Positions 28,054 to 37,155 of a stretch of 64,000 nt of DNA are shown in pieces. Every line of letters starts with the position of its first letter. Within the stretch, counting starts at the first letter, position 1. The stretch lies in contig JABWAS010000004.1 in NCBI GenBank assembly GCA_013360865.1, positions 412 through 64,411 on the forward strand. The letters run 5' to 3'. The position numbers were made by a program, and so were the translations under genes. This DNA is from Candidatus Paceibacter sp. GTDB lineage: Bacteria; Patescibacteriota; Minisyncoccia; UBA9983. A model generated the notes under the pieces. That model worked only from the letters and a program-made list of their open reading frames with translations. It made no database searches and was not told where the DNA came from.

Positions 28054-28056
28054 TTT

Positions 28057-29355
28057 TTATTTTTTTCCTCCTATTTTTTTCTTGATAATTTCCACGACCT
28101 TTTCAATGGGGACTGATTCCTGCGAACTCGTCGCCATGTCCCGTACAATAATGGAATTCTCCAGGCTTTCCTTTTGCCCCAATATAAGAACATGCGGCAC
28201 ATTCATCCTTGACGCAAGGGAGAGCTGGCTGTTCAGGTTATCTTTGCTTACGGATTGGGCGATGTAGATGCCGGCGGTTCTGAACATTTCTATCACCTTG
28301 AGGCTCTTCTGTTTGGCCGAGTGGCTCAACTGGATGAAGAAAACTTTGGGCACCCTCTTGTATTTTGGGGCGATCTTGTTTTCTTTCATCAGCGCCACGA
28401 CCCTGTCCGCTCCGATGGCTCCACCCACGCCGGCGATATCTCTCCGACCGATTATCTTCGCCAGGCCGTCGTATCTTCCTCCGGAGGCGATGGTCAGTGG
28501 GTTGGCTCCCTCTTCTTTCGGCGCTTCTGGTATTATCTCAAAAACCGTTCGGGAATAATAATCCAGGCCGCGCACAAGATGAGTATCCAGAATGTAATTT
28601 ATGCCGTTGGTGTCCAGAAATTCCAGGACTTCTTTAAAATGCTGCTTGCACGGAGCGCACAGCGAGTCCACGGTTTGCGGGGCGCCTTTTTTTATTTCCA
28701 CGCATTTCGGTTCCTTGCAATCCAGCAGGCGCAGAGGGTTTTCTTTCAACCTTCTTTTGCAGTCTTTGCATAAGTTGGCGGCGTGCTTGCGGTAATAATT
28801 AACCAGTTTTTTGCGGTATTCGCCGCGGCACTCCTTGTCGCCTATGGAGTTTATAAGCACCGTCGTCTGGGGCAGACCGAGCTCTTTTAACGTGAGCGTG
28901 AGTATCTGGATTATCACGGCTTCGCCCACCGGCTTTGGTTCGCCTATCATTTCCAGATTAAACTGCTGGAATTCGCGGAAGCGGCCTTTTTGCGGGCTTT
29001 CGTGGCGGAAGAACGAACCCTTGCACCAGAGCATCACCGGCTGGGGCAATGTTTGCATGCCGTGTTCCAGATAAGATCTCATTATGCCGGCGGTCGCTTC
29101 CGGCCTCATCACCAGTTTTTCGCCCCCGTCGGTTTTAATATAGTACATCTGCTTTTCCACAATGTCGGAAGTGGTTCCCAGTGTGGCGGTAAAAAGGTCA
29201 ACGTTTTCCAGAATGGGGGTTTGAATAGGCTTGAAGCCATAATAAGAGGCAATCTCTTCGCCTTTGTCAAAAATGTTCTGGTAAAGCACATAGTCTTCCG
29301 CCAGAATATCGTGCATCCCTTTCGGGCTTTGGATATTTTGTTTATTGTCAGACAT
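28057..29355 (-). CDS. hisS: Histidine--tRNA ligase
   Basis: 432 aa; class II aaRS motifs, PKGMHDIL N-terminus, RGLDYY motif. Confidence 0.9.
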   Translation of the reverse strand: MSDNKQNIQSPKGMHDILAEDYVLYQNIFDKGEEIASYYGFKPIQTPILENVDLFTATLGTTSDIVEKQMYYIKTDGGEKLVMRPEATAGIMRSYLEHGMQTLPQPVMLWCKGSFFRHESPQKGRFREFQQFNLEMIGEPKPVGEAVIIQILTLTLKELGLPQTTVLINSIGDKECRGEYRKKLVNYYRKHAANLCKDCKRRLKENPLRLLDCKEPKCVEIKKGAPQTVDSLCAPCKQHFKEVLEFLDTNGINYILDTHLVRGLDYYSRTVFEIIPEAPKEEGANPLTIASGGRYDGLAKIIGRRDIAGVGGAIGADRVVALMKENKIAPKYKRVPKVFFIQLSHSAKQKSLKVIEMFRTAGIYIAQSVSKDNLNSQLSLASRMNVPHVLILGQKESLENSIIVRDMATSSQESVPIEKVVEIIKKKIGGKK

Positions 29356-29441
29356 ATTAATTAGCTTGTAGGCATTAGCTTGTAGGAGTTGTTTTTAGGG
29401 TTTTAGCCTAAAAAGCTAATTCCTAAGGCCTAATTCCTGCT

Positions 29442-29939
29442 TTAATACCCCGGAAACAAGCCTATCTTATTAAGCGGCCAGAGGCGGACAAACGATCTGC
29501 CGATAATGAATTTCTCCGCCACGGGACCCCAGTATCTGGAATCGGAACTCTTGTCGGAATTGTCGCCGGTGACGAAATATTCTTTGTCTTTGATTTGGAT
29601 TTCCTTACCGTCTATCATGGTTGCCGTTTCGTTGGGCAACGCGGCTATTCTTTTGATGAAAAACTTGGACGGGTCGTTAGGGTAGCGGAAGACTATGACC
29701 TCGTTCTTCTTCGGGTCTCGCAGGTGATAGGTAAACTCATCCACGATGAGATAATCGCCGTCGTTGTAAGTCGGCTCCATGGAGGCGCCGCTGACCAGAA
29801 ACGGCTGGGCGACCCACAGCCTTATCGGCAAAACTATCGCCGCCACTATGAAGATGAATTTTAAAAAATCAAAAATAGATTCCTTCCGGTTTTTAACCGC
29901 GTCTTTGGAAGTAGTCTGTTCAAAAGAATTTTCGTTCAT
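29442..29939 (-). CDS. lepB: Signal peptidase I
   Basis: 165 aa; N-terminal TM, catalytic VSGASMEPT box, GDNSDKSSDSRYWG box E. Confidence 0.85.
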   Translation of the reverse strand: MNENSFEQTTSKDAVKNRKESIFDFLKFIFIVAAIVLPIRLWVAQPFLVSGASMEPTYNDGDYLIVDEFTYHLRDPKKNEVIVFRYPNDPSKFFIKRIAALPNETATMIDGKEIQIKDKEYFVTGDNSDKSSDSRYWGPVAEKFIIGRSFVRLWPLNKIGLFPGY

Positions 29940-30006
29940 TATTGGCTAATAATACCTTATAATTTTGTTTATTGCAAGAATGTTATTAAAGTGATAATAT
30001 CAAGGC

Positions 30007-30270
30007 GTGGTAAAAATATTCCGCTATAATTTAATATTCAGACCTGAACCAGAAGGAGGTTTTACTGTAACCGTCCCAAGCTTGCCGGGTTGTGTTTCTT
30101 ATGGAGGAAATATTAAAGAAGCAAAAGAAATGGCGCGTGATGCTATAAGAGGGTATCTTTATAGTCTTGAGAAACACAAGGAATCAATTCCTTCCGATAT
30201 TGATAATTTTGTTACTACTATAGACATAGAATCCAAAAAACAGCCGTCTAAAAAGTTGACTTATGTCTAA
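30007..30270 (+). CDS. hicB: HicB-family antitoxin
   Basis: 87 aa; FRPEPEGGFTVTVPSLPGCVSYGGNIKEAKEMARDAI HicB/UPF0150 pattern. Confidence 0.7.
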   Translation: MVKIFRYNLIFRPEPEGGFTVTVPSLPGCVSYGGNIKEAKEMARDAIRGYLYSLEKHKESIPSDIDNFVTTIDIESKKQPSKKLTYV

Positions 30271-30487
30271 ACTGCCGGTCTTAACTTCCAAGAAGTTGAT
30301 TAAAATAATTGAGAAACTCGGTTTTCAGTTAGACCATAAAACCGGCAGTCATTTTATTTTTTACAATCAGGAAAATAAAAAACGAGTTACTGTTCCTTAT
30401 CATTCCAAAGACTTACCCAAGGGAACAATTTTAAGTATTTTAAAACAAGCTGGAATAACAAAAGACGACGTAGAAAAAATTTCTTAG
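30263..30487 (+). CDS. hicA: HicA-family mRNA interferase toxin
   Basis: 74 aa; KKLIKIIEKLGFQLDHKTGSHFIF...VPYHSKDLPKGTILSILKQAG HicA pattern; overlaps hicB by 8 nt. Confidence 0.7.
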   Translation: MSKLPVLTSKKLIKIIEKLGFQLDHKTGSHFIFYNQENKKRVTVPYHSKDLPKGTILSILKQAGITKDDVEKIS

Positions 30488-30498
30488 TGTCAAACTAT

Positions 30499-30924
30499 TT
30501 AAAATAATCCCGTGCTGCCGAAACCGCCTTCGCCTCTTTTGCTTTCGTTGAGATTTTCCGCTTCCTCAATTTCCGGCCGTTCCACTTTCTGAATAAGCAT
30601 CTGGGCTATTTTTTGCCCTTTTTTTATTTCAAAATCTTTTTGGCTAAGATTAACAAGAACGATAACTATTTCACCCCGATAGCCGGAATCTATCACTCCG
30701 GCCATTGTTTTAATACCGTCTTTGGCGGCCAGCCCGCTTTTATCCCAGACAAGGGCGGCATAGCCTTCCGGCATTTCCATTTTTACTCCCGTTCTTACAT
30801 TTTTTCTTTCCCCGGCTTTAATAAGCGCTTCTTCCGTCGAAAAAACATCCATCCCCGCGTCGCCCGGATGGGCGTAAGAGGGAATTACCGCCTCCGCCGA
30901 AATTCTCTGGAATTTAATTAGCAT
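30499..30924 (-). CDS. dut: dUTP diphosphatase
   Basis: 141 aa; GVIDSGYRGEI and C-terminal RGEGGFGSTG motifs. Confidence 0.9.
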   Translation of the reverse strand: MLIKFQRISAEAVIPSYAHPGDAGMDVFSTEEALIKAGERKNVRTGVKMEMPEGYAALVWDKSGLAAKDGIKTMAGVIDSGYRGEIVIVLVNLSQKDFEIKKGQKIAQMLIQKVERPEIEEAENLNESKRGEGGFGSTGLF

Positions 30925-30937
30925 TATGTTTAAATTT

Positions 30938-31627
30938 TTAAACCAAAAGCGGTATCATTTTTTTTACGATGTTTTTGTTTATTTCTTCCACCGCGAGGGG
31001 TTTGCCATTTTTGGAGCAATTTATTTTTATCCAATTATTGCTTTTCTTTATGAGTCCTACGGCGTTTTTCTTGGCGTTGGAGAGATGTTTAATGTCGTTT
31101 TCGTGAATGTCTTTTTTTCCTTTTAGGTAAACTTTCTTTTTTTGGGCGGTTTTTTCTTTAAGAAGTTTTTGGGATATTTCCAGCGGCATATCAAGATAGA
31201 TTATCGCCGCCGGACGGGGAATTTTAAATATGCCGTATTCCAGTTCTTCCAGCCAGGCTAAAAATTCTCTTCTTTTATTCGGGTCGGAAATTTTTCCGCC
31301 CTGGTGTATCTGATTGGAGCTGGCGTATCTGTCGGCAATGACGATAAAGCCTTCCGACAGCCATTTTTCTATTTTTTCTTTTGTTTCAAAACGGTCTCCG
31401 GCGTAAAGAACGGAGGCCAAATAGGGGCTGACTTCGGACGAGCCGCCAAATTCGCCGGACAAATATCTTCCGACCAGTTGGCCGAAAAAGTTGTTCTCGT
31501 ACTGGGGAAAGTCAACCGTCTTAATCTTAAATCCGGCCTTTCGCATATTTTCCGCCAGCAGTTTCGTTTGCGTCGCTTTGCCGCTGCCGTCGGTGCCGTC
31601 TATCACGAAAAATTTACCTCGTTTCAT
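30938..31627 (-). CDS. tmk: Thymidylate kinase
   Basis: 229 aa; P-loop FFVIDGTDGSGKATQ, DRY motif (ADRYASS). Confidence 0.9.
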   Translation of the reverse strand: MKRGKFFVIDGTDGSGKATQTKLLAENMRKAGFKIKTVDFPQYENNFFGQLVGRYLSGEFGGSSEVSPYLASVLYAGDRFETKEKIEKWLSEGFIVIADRYASSNQIHQGGKISDPNKRREFLAWLEELEYGIFKIPRPAAIIYLDMPLEISQKLLKEKTAQKKKVYLKGKKDIHENDIKHLSNAKKNAVGLIKKSNNWIKINCSKNGKPLAVEEINKNIVKKMIPLLV

Positions 31628-32187
31628 TTAAGAAGATTTTTAGTACTTGCTTCAGTTGGATCGCTTTGATTCATATAAAGAGAACTTTTTCTTTTATTAT
31701 AGGGAACTTCGGACGGAGAAGTCATAGAATGAACGGCAATCTGACAAATATTCATGTTTGGATAAATAGCTACGGCCAGATTAGATTGGTTGCTTATCTC
31801 CAAGGTAATGGTTCCTTCAAATCCGGGGTCAATAAAACCGGCAGTATGCACCAAAATGCCCATTCTGGCCAGAGAGCTTTTGCCTTCCACTCTTAAAACC
31901 AAATTGTCAGGCACTTTTACGAACTCCTTAGTGCTGGCCAATATGAAATTATGAGGGTGCAACACAAAAGGTTCACCATCCTTGAGCTTGTAATGTTTTG
32001 TGAAGTTTTTCGGTAGACCTTTTTTGATGTCCAAGAGGCTTTGTTTTTCAACATTAAAAACCTTAAAGATATTACTTAGTTTAAGATCTATTGAGGCGGG
32101 TCCTATTTGATTTGGTTTAAGTTTTGGCGTAAACTGCAACCCCTTTTCTTTTATGGCCTTTTTTATGTCTCGGTCTGATAAAATCAT
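31624..32187 (-). CDS. dcd: dCTP deaminase
   Basis: 187 aa; MILSDRDIKKAI...GPASIDLKL N-terminus, dUTPase-like fold. Confidence 0.8.
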   Translation of the reverse strand: MILSDRDIKKAIKEKGLQFTPKLKPNQIGPASIDLKLSNIFKVFNVEKQSLLDIKKGLPKNFTKHYKLKDGEPFVLHPHNFILASTKEFVKVPDNLVLRVEGKSSLARMGILVHTAGFIDPGFEGTITLEISNQSNLAVAIYPNMNICQIAVHSMTSPSEVPYNKRKSSLYMNQSDPTEASTKNLLK

Positions 32188-32272
32188 GAATATTTTTTTA
32201 TATTTAATAGAATACTAAAATATTAAAACATCTTTTTCAAGTTTTTTAAAACGGTGGTATTATTAATAAACA

Positions 32273-33703
32273 ATGAAAATCTGGCCGAAATATTTTTCCG
32301 ACCTTTTGGTAAAAGGCGACCCGCGTTCAAGCATCGGAGTGATAACTCTTTGGACAAGCAAGGAACTGATTTCCAACAGTCTTAAGAATTTTCAAAGCAA
32401 AGTTTCTTTGATTGGACAGCTTTATTCCAAGGAGGGCATAAATTGGGTTTTGAGAAATATTTTTTTAAATCCGCGCGTAACTAAGATCATACTGTGCGGT
32501 CAGGACAAATCCGGCTCGGGAGAGGCTCTGTTGAAGTTTGTAAAAAACGGAATAGATGACGACGGCTTTGTCATAGGCGCTGAAAACGCGAAAATTCACA
32601 AAGAAATAGACCTGAATTATTTGGAAAAATTTCGCCAAAAAGTTGAAATTATAGACGCCAGAAATAAAAATCCGACTGACTTGATAATAAAGGAAATCAA
32701 AAGATCGAAAAAAATCTCCAAGCCGTGGATTGAGCCTAAGGAATTCGCCGAACCGGAGCGGCGCTCGCCGGAAACAATGCCGTCGGAAAAATGCGACTTT
32801 AAAATACAGGCGGAAAAAGTCGGAGACGCCTGGCTTGAAATATTGGACGCGATAATGAAATTCGGCCATGTTAAAAAGTCCCAGCATTCGTCGGACCAAA
32901 GGGAGGTTGTAAATCTTATCGCGACAATAACCGGAGAAGACATAAAAAATATTGATTGGAAACCTTACTTCCGATTCTCAAAAAAAGATTTTGAGAATTA
33001 TCTGCCGCAGGTTGTCACCAAAAACAAGATTCCAAACATAGAGTACACTTACGGCCAAAGGTTGAGAGACCACGATGGCATAGACCAGATACAGTCTATA
33101 ATGGAAGACCTTAAAAGAACTCCTTACTCCAGAAGGGCGGTAGCGGTGACCTGGAAAGTCGCCGCGGATCATAACAACCCGCACGCTCCCTGTCTGGATT
33201 TGATACAATGCCTGGTTCAGGACAATAAACTTTTTTTCACGGCTTTTATCCGTTCCAACGATATGTTCAGAGCATGGCCGATGAACGCGCTGGCTTTTTT
33301 GCGTTTACAAAAAATTATCGCCGATGGTTGCGGCTTTGAAATGGGGCCGTTTACGACCATATCCGGCTCGGCTCATATTTATTCCGACTGCTGGAACGAT
33401 GCCATAAAAATTGTCAAAAAATACGCCAAAGGTCCAATGTGTAAATTTGATCCCAGGGGCAATTACGTCATTAATGTTTCTAAAGGTAAAATTTTGGCCA
33501 AGCATCTTTCTCCACTAGGAGACGTATTGGAAGAATTTTCCGGCTCAACGGCCAGAGAAGTTTTTGACGTTATTTCCATGATGCACGGAGTGTCTTTTAT
33601 TGAGCATGCTTTTGACCTGGGAGCGGAATTGCAGAAAGCGGAAATCGCTTTAAAACAAAAAATAAATTATGTTCAAGACAGACCGTTAAACTTTCCCGTT
33701 TAG
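32273..33703 (+). CDS. Thymidylate synthase (ThyA-type) with ~170-aa N-terminal extension of unknown function
   Basis: 476 aa; C-terminal ~300 aa align to ThyA: YGQRLRDHDGIDQIQSIMEDLKRTPYSRRAVAVTW; catalytic PHAPC; FIRSNDMFRAWPMNALAF vs YQRSCDVFLGLPFNIASY; N-terminal 170 aa lack DHFR motifs. Confidence 0.65.
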   Translation: MKIWPKYFSDLLVKGDPRSSIGVITLWTSKELISNSLKNFQSKVSLIGQLYSKEGINWVLRNIFLNPRVTKIILCGQDKSGSGEALLKFVKNGIDDDGFVIGAENAKIHKEIDLNYLEKFRQKVEIIDARNKNPTDLIIKEIKRSKKISKPWIEPKEFAEPERRSPETMPSEKCDFKIQAEKVGDAWLEILDAIMKFGHVKKSQHSSDQREVVNLIATITGEDIKNIDWKPYFRFSKKDFENYLPQVVTKNKIPNIEYTYGQRLRDHDGIDQIQSIMEDLKRTPYSRRAVAVTWKVAADHNNPHAPCLDLIQCLVQDNKLFFTAFIRSNDMFRAWPMNALAFLRLQKIIADGCGFEMGPFTTISGSAHIYSDCWNDAIKIVKKYAKGPMCKFDPRGNYVINVSKGKILAKHLSPLGDVLEEFSGSTAREVFDVISMMHGVSFIEHAFDLGAELQKAEIALKQKINYVQDRPLNFPV

Positions 33704-33765
33704 CTTACTATCGACATCGAACGTCAATATTTTGGAAAATTAAGGCGGAATGCTAATATTGTTTT

Positions 33766-34350
33766 ATGTATTACATCGTTGGTTTGGGTAATCCGGGGGA
33801 GGAATACGAGCAGACGCGGCACAACGCCGGGCGGATGACTCTCCTGGATTTTATAAAAAAAGAGGGGATTGATGAACCCGAGTTTGATAAAAAATTAAAA
33901 GCCTTGGTTTTTGAAGGAAAAATTGGCAAAGAAAAAATTATGATTATCTTACCGGAAACTTTTATGAATAAATCCGGAGAGAGCATAAGGCCATTGACGC
34001 CTTCGGCCAAAAAAACAGAAAACCTTGTCGTTCTTCATGACGATATTGATTTGCCGCTCGGCAAGTTCAAAATTTCTTTCGGCAAAAGTTCGGCCGGACA
34101 CAAGGGGGTGGAGTCGGTCATCAAAGCCGTAAAGACGAAAGATTTTGTAAGAATAAGAATCGGCGTTTCGGTAGCGACGCCATCGGGGAAAATCAAAAAA
34201 CCGTCCGGAGATAAATTTTTGGACTACATCGTGGGCAAATTCAAACCGGCGGAATTGTCGATAATCAAAAAAGTCTCCAAAGAGATAAGTTTAGCTTTGG
34301 AAACTATTGTTAAAGAAGGGAGAGAGAAAGCGATGAGCGAGTTTAATTAG
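33766..34350 (+). CDS. pth: Peptidyl-tRNA hydrolase
   Basis: 194 aa; YIVGLGNPGEEYEQTRHNAG signature. Confidence 0.9.
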   Translation: MYYIVGLGNPGEEYEQTRHNAGRMTLLDFIKKEGIDEPEFDKKLKALVFEGKIGKEKIMIILPETFMNKSGESIRPLTPSAKKTENLVVLHDDIDLPLGKFKISFGKSSAGHKGVESVIKAVKTKDFVRIRIGVSVATPSGKIKKPSGDKFLDYIVGKFKPAELSIIKKVSKEISLALETIVKEGREKAMSEFN

Positions 34351-35456
34351 GCCTGTTTCTCCTGATAAATCAGCGCCAGTTTTCTGTCTTTGGGTTCAAA
34401 GGTGGAGATTTGGAAGTTGTAGGATTTGCCCAGTTCCAGTTTATGCTTCATTTCCGCTTCTGATTTAAAACCGGAAATGTGCACCAGGCCGGCCACGCCT
34501 TCCTCAATGCTGGCCAGCGCGCCGTGTTTGTTGAATTTGATGACGACGCCTTTGACGACGTCTCCTTTTTTGTATTTTTCTTTGGCTTCCTGCCACGGGT
34601 CAAGTTTGAGGGCCTTAAGCGAGAGGGAGAACTTGCCGTCGTTTATGTTGATGATCTGGGCTTTGACTTTCTGCCCGACTTTGAACATGGCTGAAGGATT
34701 TTCCACCAAAGACCAGTCCAGTTCGGAAATGTGGGCCAATCCTTCCAGATTGTCGGCAATTTTTATGAATATGCCAAAGTCAACGACGCCGGTGACGTCG
34801 CCGTCTATGATGTCGCCGACTTTGTATTTGGAAACGACCTCCTTTATTTCTTCGGCGTTGCCGCTTTTCTCCGAGAAAATGAGCTTGTTTTCTTTTTGGT
34901 CGCTGGCCAGTATGACCACTTTGATTTTTTCTCCCACGAGTTTTTTGAGTTCCACTTCTATCTTGTCTTTGTCACCGTCCTCAATGCGCGGATAATGGTT
35001 GGATTTGAGCTGGGAGGTCGGCAAAAATCCCTGGATGCCGTTCCATTCCAAAACAAGGCCACCTTTGTTGGCGTCGGTCACTGCCAGTGTCAGAGGCGCT
35101 TTGCTTTTTTGCATTTCTTCGGCTTCGCGCCAGACGATTTTTTGCTTGGCTTCTTTCAGAGACAGGGAAAAATAACCCTTTTCGTTTTCCGTTTCCGTGA
35201 TTTTGACGGTTATTTTGTCGCCCGGGTTCAGCGCTCGGATGATGTCTTTGGCGCGGTTATATTCTCTCCCGTAAATTATGCCCGTGCCTATGGGGGAAAG
35301 GTCGATGTAAACGGCGGACGAATCCTGGCTTAAAACGATGCCTTCAATAAGGTCGTCCACTTTTGGCATCGCCAACGGAACGCTCTTGAACAGAGCTTCC
35401 ATCGCGCTTTGCTTCGTCGCCACCGCCGGCTGCTTCTCCTTTTGCGCTGTTGTCAT
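34347..35456 (-). CDS. rpsA: 30S ribosomal protein S1-like (four S1 domains)
   Basis: 369 aa; repeated S1-domain pattern (G..V.G.V.....fGvFV.l..g..GL.H.SE). Confidence 0.75.
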   Translation of the reverse strand: MTTAQKEKQPAVATKQSAMEALFKSVPLAMPKVDDLIEGIVLSQDSSAVYIDLSPIGTGIIYGREYNRAKDIIRALNPGDKITVKITETENEKGYFSLSLKEAKQKIVWREAEEMQKSKAPLTLAVTDANKGGLVLEWNGIQGFLPTSQLKSNHYPRIEDGDKDKIEVELKKLVGEKIKVVILASDQKENKLIFSEKSGNAEEIKEVVSKYKVGDIIDGDVTGVVDFGIFIKIADNLEGLAHISELDWSLVENPSAMFKVGQKVKAQIININDGKFSLSLKALKLDPWQEAKEKYKKGDVVKGVVIKFNKHGALASIEEGVAGLVHISGFKSEAEMKHKLELGKSYNFQISTFEPKDRKLALIYQEKQA

Positions 35457-35855
35457 AATGGCTTAGTATATAAAAGAAATAATTTTTTGCAAGCAGTTTT
35501 TCAGTTTTTAAAAAATTGAGAGAAATGCAGGCCCAGATAATAAGGCCACAGAATGATGGCGTAGATAAGTTTCGGGAAAGAAAGGTTGAGGTAGCCGATT
35601 GTAAAAAGCCAGGCCGCGAACCAAAATCCCGTTGAAAAACCGTTATTAATTATTCTTATTTTTTCCATAAATTTGTAATTATATTAATTTTTTTAATAGA
35701 AAAGCGCTCCCTGGTTATTACAACGACGACGTAAACAATAAAAATAAACAAAAAAATTATCAGCCAGCCAATTGTGGGAAAAATGATTAAGGAGAGAATG
35801 TTATATAACATTAGTAAGTAATATTAAGAGTTAAGTAGACCTAAAATTTACCAAA

Positions 35856-35943
35856 CGGAGAGGGAGGGATTCGAACCCTCGGACCCCTTTTGAGGGTCAA
35901 CAACTTAGCAGGTTGCTGCTTTCAACCACTCAGCCACCTCTCC
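35856..35943 (-). tRNA. tRNA-Ser (anticodon GCU), type II
   Basis: Acceptor GGAGAGG/CCTCTCC, anticodon loop CT-GCT-AA, long variable arm, T-arm GAGGGTTCGAATCCCTC. Confidence 0.8.
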
Positions 35944-36126
35944 ATGTAATATTTATTTTTCAAACTTTCAATCGGGTCAATCCCGCCTTAAGCGGGACTG
36001 CTTTCAACCCTGCCTGCCGGCAGGCAGGCGCTCACACACCTCTCCAAAATACAAGATAAAAATAGCACTGTTTGTTTTGAATTACAATAACTTATATAAT
36101 TTTATTTAATCGTTGGGATTGTTGTT

Positions 36127-36483
36127 TTGGCGGTTGGCGGTTTTTTGCTGCTTAAAACACTCAATAATAAAGAGGTCGAAACGCGAATTCTGACTAATGA
36201 AATCGCGCTGGCTCTTCTGAAAGACGACCTGTTTGAAGAATGCCGCCCGGAAAGGGTGGAGGGCAAGTATGGTTCATGCTCAGTAAATATTTCGCAAGAT
36301 GATAATCAAGGGACCGTTACGGTGACCTATGACGGTCTTTATGATGATTCGGTAAAGGCGTCGCGTGTTCAAGCTTATGTTACGTATGAAGACGGGAAAT
36401 GGGTCAAAGGTGCTATTACTAAAACTCAACAATGCTGGCCCGGGCGAGAACATCAGGATTTTTCCGCGGAGCTTTGCATTTAA
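36127..36483 (+). CDS. Hypothetical small secreted/membrane-anchored protein
   Basis: 118 aa; N-terminal hydrophobic segment; no motifs. Confidence 0.25.
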   Translation: MAVGGFLLLKTLNNKEVETRILTNEIALALLKDDLFEECRPERVEGKYGSCSVNISQDDNQGTVTVTYDGLYDDSVKASRVQAYVTYEDGKWVKGAITKTQQCWPGREHQDFSAELCI

Positions 36484-36501
36484 TAGTTGTCTTAAGCAGA
36501 T

Positions 36502-37119
36502 TCACCCCCTCGCCACAACTACGGCCAGGACTTTTTTGGCGCCGGATTCTTTGAGGACTTTTTTGGCTTCCTTTAGGGTGGCGCCGGTGGTGCAGATATC
36601 GTCCACCAAAATTATTTCTTTGCCTTTTATCAGCTCGGCGTTTTTGACGGCAAAACTTCCTTTGACGTTGTTCAGCCTTTTTTCTCTGTCTTTGACATTA
36701 ACCTGGGAATCGGTATGAACGGTTTTATAAAGCGCGTTGGTTAAAACATTGCTTGAAAGGCGGCGGGCGATGAGTTCCGCCTGATTGAAGCCGCGTTGGC
36801 GCGATCTTCGGCCGGAAAGGGGAACGGGGATAACGATGACGTCGTCGCTTTTAAGCTTGCTTTGTACTTTTTGCCAAACCCGTTCTTTGAGCAATTCGGC
36901 CAAGGGTTCGGCCAGTTGGCTGACGCCTTTATATTTCAACATCCAGACAGCTTTCTTTAGCACCCCGTCCTGGTAATTGGCGGCGGCGAAGACGCCGTTG
37001 TCTTCCGGCAGGTCGGCGCGGTCGGTTTTGGTCAGGCACTTCGGGCAGAAAATTTCGTTTTCCTTGCCGCAGCCGAGGCACTTTTGCGGGAAGAGAAAAT
37101 TTAAAATAATTTTAAGCAT
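36502..37119 (-). CDS. comF: ComF-family phosphoribosyltransferase-like protein
   Basis: 205 aa; N-terminal zinc-finger-like CLGCGKE...CPKC and PRTase motif ILVDDICTTGATL. Confidence 0.75.
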   Translation of the reverse strand: MLKIILNFLFPQKCLGCGKENEIFCPKCLTKTDRADLPEDNGVFAAANYQDGVLKKAVWMLKYKGVSQLAEPLAELLKERVWQKVQSKLKSDDVIVIPVPLSGRRSRQRGFNQAELIARRLSSNVLTNALYKTVHTDSQVNVKDREKRLNNVKGSFAVKNAELIKGKEIILVDDICTTGATLKEAKKVLKESGAKKVLAVVVARG

Positions 37120-37155
37120 TTTAACATTGCCGTTTCAATGATATAATATCAAATT

